From: an uncultured virus (IMG/VR IMGVR_UViG_3300048625_000025)
Lineage: Duplodnaviria > Heunggongvirae > Uroviricota > Caudoviricetes
Length of the DNA stretch: 64,000 nucleotides
IMG/VR virus record: IMGVR_UViG_3300048625_000025
Coordinates: 1 to 64,000 of that record
Strand: one strand, 5' to 3'
In this document: positions 59,488-64,000 of the stretch, piece by piece
Position numbering within the stretch: the stretch's first letter is position 1
Layout: each line of letters opens with the position of its first letter
Translations under genes and position numbers: made by a program
Notes under the pieces: generated by a model
Database searches by the model: none
Told to the model about the DNA's origin: nothing
The model's input: the letters and a program-made list of their open reading frames with translations, nothing else

Positions 59488-60207
59488 ATGGCAGTAACAT
59501 TAGGTGCAAGCGGCATTACATTTAGTAATGGAACAACGCAGACTTCACGATTAAATGGTGGCCTCGCGCTCAACGGGTCGGACCGCGGCGATTTAATTGA
59601 TATCCAGGCATTTAGGCAAAGTGGGACGTGGACTAATCCCGGCGCAACAGTAGTACATGTCAAATTAGTCGGCGGCGGCGGCGGCGGAGCCGGCTATTGC
59701 GAAAGCGGTGGCGCCGGGTGTTATGCAGAAAACGTTTTTGGCGTAAGTGGCGTAGGATCGGTTGCAGTCACAGTGGGCGGCGGCGGCAGCTATGCTGCTT
59801 ACTACTCAGCAGCAGGTCAAGGCGGTACAAGCAGCTTTGGTACATATATGAGCGCTATCGGCGGATATGGGGCTAATCAACAATACAGCCACAGCGGCGG
59901 CCATGGTGGTAATAGTGCGTCGGGTCAAGCAGTGCATGTACAAGGCGGCGGAGGTTGGGGACACACCAACAGCGTTGGTCATGGATCACTTAGCTCGCTA
60001 GGCGGCGCAAGCTATTTTGGCGGAGCACAGGCGCACATACGAAATCACAGTAACCTAGGATGGAACGTGCAACACGGTATATCCACTGGCGCCCCGGGCA
60101 CCGGTGGCCCTGGCAACGTAACAGATTGGGGATACCAGCACCCACGTGGCCACAGTGCTGGTGAATACGGACAAGCTGGATTAGTTATAGTTTACGCTTA
60201 TAGATAA
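59488..60207 (+). CDS. Glycine-rich protein, paralogue 3
   Basis: Same architecture; 5' DNA nearly identical to paralogue 2; His/Trp-richer C-terminal half. Confidence 0.7.
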   Translation: MAVTLGASGITFSNGTTQTSRLNGGLALNGSDRGDLIDIQAFRQSGTWTNPGATVVHVKLVGGGGGGAGYCESGGAGCYAENVFGVSGVGSVAVTVGGGGSYAAYYSAAGQGGTSSFGTYMSAIGGYGANQQYSHSGGHGGNSASGQAVHVQGGGGWGHTNSVGHGSLSSLGGASYFGGAQAHIRNHSNLGWNVQHGISTGAPGTGGPGNVTDWGYQHPRGHSAGEYGQAGLVIVYAYR

Positions 60208-60224
60208 TCAAAAGGAAAAATGAA

Positions 60225-60647
60225 ATGACATTACGAGCACTTTTACATAACACAGAACAAGGTCGAATTTGCGAAATTCGAGAAATTGGGGAAGAATTTG
60301 AAGTACACACAGATTTTCAATGGGTTGACGTCCCCGATGGAACAACCACACACGATTTATACAACGAAGATGGTACCATTACCAAATTTGATATTACTAA
60401 GCTGCCGGGTTTTGCAGAAACAGCTTACCAGGTTGCTAGAGGTATTGCATATACTCCAGTAGGAAACCAAATGGATATGCTTTTTAAAGAGCTACAGGCT
60501 ACAGGTACGATAAGTAATAGTGGGCCCTGGGCAACGCACATTGCTAGTGTTAAAGCAGCGATTCCGAAAGATGATCCGCAAGCAGTATACGAGTGGAACT
60601 TGCGACATTGGGAATCAATTCAAGCAGGTATGCAGGGCAATATTTAA
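60225..60647 (+). CDS. Putative tail fibre assembly chaperone
   Basis: FEVHTDFQWVDVPD...R...Y...NQMDML...W...VKAAIPK; follows the fibre-tip genes. Confidence 0.5.
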   Translation: MTLRALLHNTEQGRICEIREIGEEFEVHTDFQWVDVPDGTTTHDLYNEDGTITKFDITKLPGFAETAYQVARGIAYTPVGNQMDMLFKELQATGTISNSGPWATHIASVKAAIPKDDPQAVYEWNLRHWESIQAGMQGNI

Positions 60648-60661
60648 CCCTAAGGTGATTT

Positions 60662-61888
60662 ATGGATTTCAATAAACGGTTTTCGGTCGCACATTACGAT
60701 CGATTTCATGGTGAACACGCTGGCGTATTTTATGAAACAATGAAAAATGCCGACCCAAAGTACTTGGCAAATTTGCACGATGTGTACTTTGGAAAATTCT
60801 TCTATTATGAATACAATGGTCAACAAAAACGCTGCGGCAACCCAATGGGCGTTGAAGCAAGCGACGAGCAAATTGATTATTTGTTCAAGCTACAAGAAGA
60901 AACCGGTGTCGAAATCAGCTTAACATTTAATACAGTTGAAGTGCCTCACGAAGTTGCTTTTGATCAATCAGTAAGAGATCAATTTGTAGAATGGATTGGC
61001 GGCTATTACGATCGCGGCCTGCGTAGTTGCACAATGAGCAGCGAACATATCCTACGCATGGGTATCCTACAACAGCGTTGCCCTGACATGCGTTGGAAAA
61101 GCACAGTGAACCAAATTGTAGCTGACGCACAGCAGTTCATTGATTACGCATACTTGGGCTACAATACTATTCTATTAGATCGTAGTTTGAACCGTAACAT
61201 CCGCGAACTAAAGCGCATCAAAAGGGCACAGGATTACTTAAACAGTCTCAATCCGCAGAAGAAGTTAATGACAAGTTTGCTGGTTGCTGAGGCTTGTATC
61301 TATCACTGCCCGTTTAAGAAAGAGCATGACAGTGTTGGTGAAGTAATTGGTACTGAGTATTTTAAAAGCATTGCAGATTTAAGTTGTAATGGCTGGAGAC
61401 AACATCAAGACTTTGCAGCTCTCCCACGCAGCGGAATTAATTTAGTAGCAGGGCAAGCAGATACATTTAAAGAGTTTGCAGAGCTAGTGGATATTTTTAA
61501 ATATTCAGGGCGACTAACTGCTCCAATGTTTAAACCAGAAGATGCCAAATACATGAAAGCATGTTGGTACTACGACGATGTTAACAAGTTTAAGCAAAGT
61601 ATTAGCTTTGTGGGGAAAACTGTTTATGCAGACGACTTTAACGAAGTAATTGACAATAACGCAGGTCCAATGCACAACTGGATCCCTGGTTGGATTGACA
61701 CTCGACATACCAAAGAAGACTTTAAAACTACCTATAAGCCGTACACAGGAATTTGGGCAACTGATCCGGGTAAACGACTGGAAAAGATTTTGCGCACATG
61801 TCGCAATCAGTGCTGGGACTGTCACGAATGTGAGCGCACATTTGGTATGCAGGATGTTGATTCTGCTCTGCAAATTAGAAAGCAATAA
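60662..61888 (+). CDS. Peptidase U32-family protein (Fe-S hydroxylase-type)
   Basis: STVN, ILLDRSLNR, EACIYHCPFKKEHD, SC, DIFKYSGR, C-terminal CRNQCWDCHEC. Confidence 0.7.
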   Translation: MDFNKRFSVAHYDRFHGEHAGVFYETMKNADPKYLANLHDVYFGKFFYYEYNGQQKRCGNPMGVEASDEQIDYLFKLQEETGVEISLTFNTVEVPHEVAFDQSVRDQFVEWIGGYYDRGLRSCTMSSEHILRMGILQQRCPDMRWKSTVNQIVADAQQFIDYAYLGYNTILLDRSLNRNIRELKRIKRAQDYLNSLNPQKKLMTSLLVAEACIYHCPFKKEHDSVGEVIGTEYFKSIADLSCNGWRQHQDFAALPRSGINLVAGQADTFKEFAELVDIFKYSGRLTAPMFKPEDAKYMKACWYYDDVNKFKQSISFVGKTVYADDFNEVIDNNAGPMHNWIPGWIDTRHTKEDFKTTYKPYTGIWATDPGKRLEKILRTCRNQCWDCHECERTFGMQDVDSALQIRKQ

Positions 61889-62484
61889 TGTCTGACATAC
61901 AGATCTTTGATAAAATAATCCCACAAGGGTATGCAGATCAAATTGAATTTGATGTAACCAGTACCCCATTTCCGTGGCACTACATCAATGATGTCACTAA
62001 CAAGAGCTACGGCAATAATTCTGGCATGGTACATCTTGCGTATGACCTTGGCGCAAATCCAAGCGAGTGGTTTCCGTTCATTAAGCCAATTGTATATGCA
62101 ATCACTGAAGCAGCAGGTCACACTATCGAGCAACTGTTACGCATTAGAATTGGATATCTAAGTCAAACACTCAAAGAAGGATATGATCATAATACTCCGC
62201 ACGTGGACTTCACAATGCCACACTATACTGCATGTTACTACATCAGTGATAGCGACGGAGACACAGTGATATTTGACCAAACACTTGCAGAAATACAAGA
62301 ATCAAATATCACTGAGCAGGCACTTTATGATTTTGTGGCAAACAATAAATTTACTGTAGCCCAACGTTGCAGTCCAAAGAAAGGTCGTGTTTGCGTATTT
62401 GATGGTCTTAGATTCCATGCAAGCACTAAGCCAGCAGAGCATGACAGACGATTAGTAATCACAATAAACTACATAGCGAGATAA
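61888..62484 (+). CDS. 2OG-Fe(II) oxygenase-like protein
   Basis: PHVD...YY...SDGDT...PKKGRVCVFDG...HAS...R...IN (HxD...H...R). Confidence 0.8.
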   Translation: MSDIQIFDKIIPQGYADQIEFDVTSTPFPWHYINDVTNKSYGNNSGMVHLAYDLGANPSEWFPFIKPIVYAITEAAGHTIEQLLRIRIGYLSQTLKEGYDHNTPHVDFTMPHYTACYYISDSDGDTVIFDQTLAEIQESNITEQALYDFVANNKFTVAQRCSPKKGRVCVFDGLRFHASTKPAEHDRRLVITINYIAR

Positions 62485-62485
62485 A

Positions 62486-64000
62486 ATGCACCATAACGTA
62501 AAATCAATTACCATCGTGGGCGGTGGATCAAGTGGATGGATGACAGCGGCGGCAATAGCCAGGCTTCTACCTAACATTAAGCTAACTCTCATTGAGAGTC
62601 CTAACATTCCTATCATTGGTGTGGGCGAAAGTACCATCGGACATATTAATCAATATCTGGCATTAATTGGCATTAAGGACGAAGACTGGATGGCAGCATG
62701 TAATGCAACATATAAGACCAGTATCAAGTTCATTGACTTTAGAGAAAACCCAAAGGAGGAGCCGCACAAGTTTCATTATCCTTTTGGCATCTTAGATTTC
62801 ACAGATAAACCTCGCGGCCCAATGGAATGGTTCCTAGCAGCAGCCGACCGTGGTAATCTTGATCCCAGCAACTTTGCAGAGTTTTATCACGACAGCATAT
62901 TAATGACGGATAAGAATAAAATGACACGAAACGAGGATTACAAAATTCGTGGGTTTAATTTTAGTGAAGACACAGCATATCACATGGATGCCACCTTATT
63001 TGGCGCATGGCTTAGAGATAATCTGTGCTTGCCGAGTGGGATGACGCACTTACTAGATACAGTAACTGATGTTGTGCAGAGAGAAGATGGATCAATTGAA
63101 AAAATTGGGACAGAGAACAGTGGATATCTAGAAGCAGACTTGTTTATTGATTGCACTGGATTTAAGAGTCTGCTATTAGAGCAAACTCTCAAAGAGCCAT
63201 TCACTAGCTTCCATGACACACTGTTAAATGACAGAGCGATTGCTACAGTCATTCCGTATATTGACAAAGAAGCAGAAATGGAAAACTATACATCATGCAC
63301 TGCTATTGAGTGCGGATGGGTATGGAACATTCCGCTATGGAATCGCATCGGCACAGGCTATGTGTACAGCAGCAAACATGCCACTGAAGAAGAAGCAGAA
63401 GCGCAGTTTCGCAAACATCTAAAGAGCAATCGCATGATGTTTCCGGACGCAGAGCGAGCAGAATCATGCGAAGTGCGACACATTAAGATCAAGCACGGTG
63501 TTCATGAGCGTGCATGGGTTAAAAACGTAGTGGGCATCGGTCTTGCTAATGGCTTCATTGAGCCACTGGAAAGTACAGGACTGATGCTAACACACGAAGG
63601 CATTGTTAAATTATGCAATACTCTGTTAATGCGTAACGGCATTGTTAGTAACTACGATGTTGATTTGTTTAACTATGGATTCCAAGAACAGATTCTAGGA
63701 TTCAAAGACTTTATTAGTCAGCACTATGCACTAAGCTGTCGTAACGATACTCCGTACTGGAAAGAAGTTACAGGCGATTTAACGTATTCACGAGCGATGG
63801 GCGGGACTATTAACTTGTCTGGATTGGCACACGATGTACGATCTGCATCTGACTTGGGTATGCGTATGCACCGCACTCGAACATTTGATAACAACATGGG
63901 CGGGATTTTGTATATTGCAGCAGGGCAGGGATACAATCCCGTGGAGCCAAATTATATAAGATATGAGGATGTGAGACGTCACGAGTCGCCTGAACTTCGA
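62486..64000 (+). CDS. Flavin-dependent tryptophan halogenase-like protein (runs off the window edge)
   Basis: Absent from the ORF track; translated by hand: IVGGGSSGWMTA, GVGEST, ATYKTSIKF, FIDCTGF, GWVWNIPL (WxWxIP at 63317), FIEPLESTG. Confidence 0.9.
   Translation, partial: MHHNVKSITIVGGGSSGWMTAAAIARLLPNIKLTLIESPNIPIIGVGESTIGHINQYLALIGIKDEDWMAACNATYKTSIKFIDFRENPKEEPHKFHYPFGILDFTDKPRGPMEWFLAAADRGNLDPSNFAEFYHDSILMTDKNKMTRNEDYKIRGFNFSEDTAYHMDATLFGAWLRDNLCLPSGMTHLLDTVTDVVQREDGSIEKIGTENSGYLEADLFIDCTGFKSLLLEQTLKEPFTSFHDTLLNDRAIATVIPYIDKEAEMENYTSCTAIECGWVWNIPLWNRIGTGYVYSSKHATEEEAEAQFRKHLKSNRMMFPDAERAESCEVRHIKIKHGVHERAWVKNVVGIGLANGFIEPLESTGLMLTHEGIVKLCNTLLMRNGIVSNYDVDLFNYGFQEQILGFKDFISQHYALSCRNDTPYWKEVTGDLTYSRAMGGTINLSGLAHDVRSASDLGMRMHRTRTFDNNMGGILYIAAGQGYNPVEPNYIRYEDVRRHESPELR

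Noticed and set aside
1..64000. CRISPR array, tRNA, rRNA, reverse transcriptase/DGR, integrase or transposase
   Set aside because: No regularly spaced repeat-spacer units, cloverleaves or catalytic motifs seen; all tandem repeats are in-frame coding repeats.
1..64000. Alternative genetic code
   Set aside because: Core genes are full length under the standard code, and TAA, TGA and TAG all serve as stops.

Overview
This is a 64-kb fragment of a large T4-related (Tevenvirinae-like, long-tailed contractile) dsDNA phage. The minus strand (1-23753) carries a baseplate module: a 3992-aa wedge protein, gp6, gp25, a multi-lysin gp5-like spike, a hub protein, gp53 and a tube initiator. The plus strand continues with late sigma gp55, gp47/gp46 (split by an HNH gene), two radical SAM genes and an endonuclease II-like GIY-YIG gene. 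Next come a ~506-nt structured non-coding element and a minus-strand chaperone pair. The remainder is the tape measure, a GIY-YIG homing endonuclease, the head module (gp20/21/22/23), a fatty-acid desaturase, fibre genes, three Gly-rich paralogues and a U32 / 2OG-Fe(II) / flavin halogenase cluster. TAAATA late-promoter boxes precede many late genes. Top observations: (1) a large candidate ncRNA with paired ends after the GIY-YIG gene; (2) a likely programmed -1 frameshift (T TTT TTC) fusing the chaperone ORFs; (3) an HNH insertion that left a duplicated, recoded gp46 start; (4) a redox/halogenation enzyme cluster adjacent to fibre genes. All assignments come from motif recognition by eye; no searches were run.
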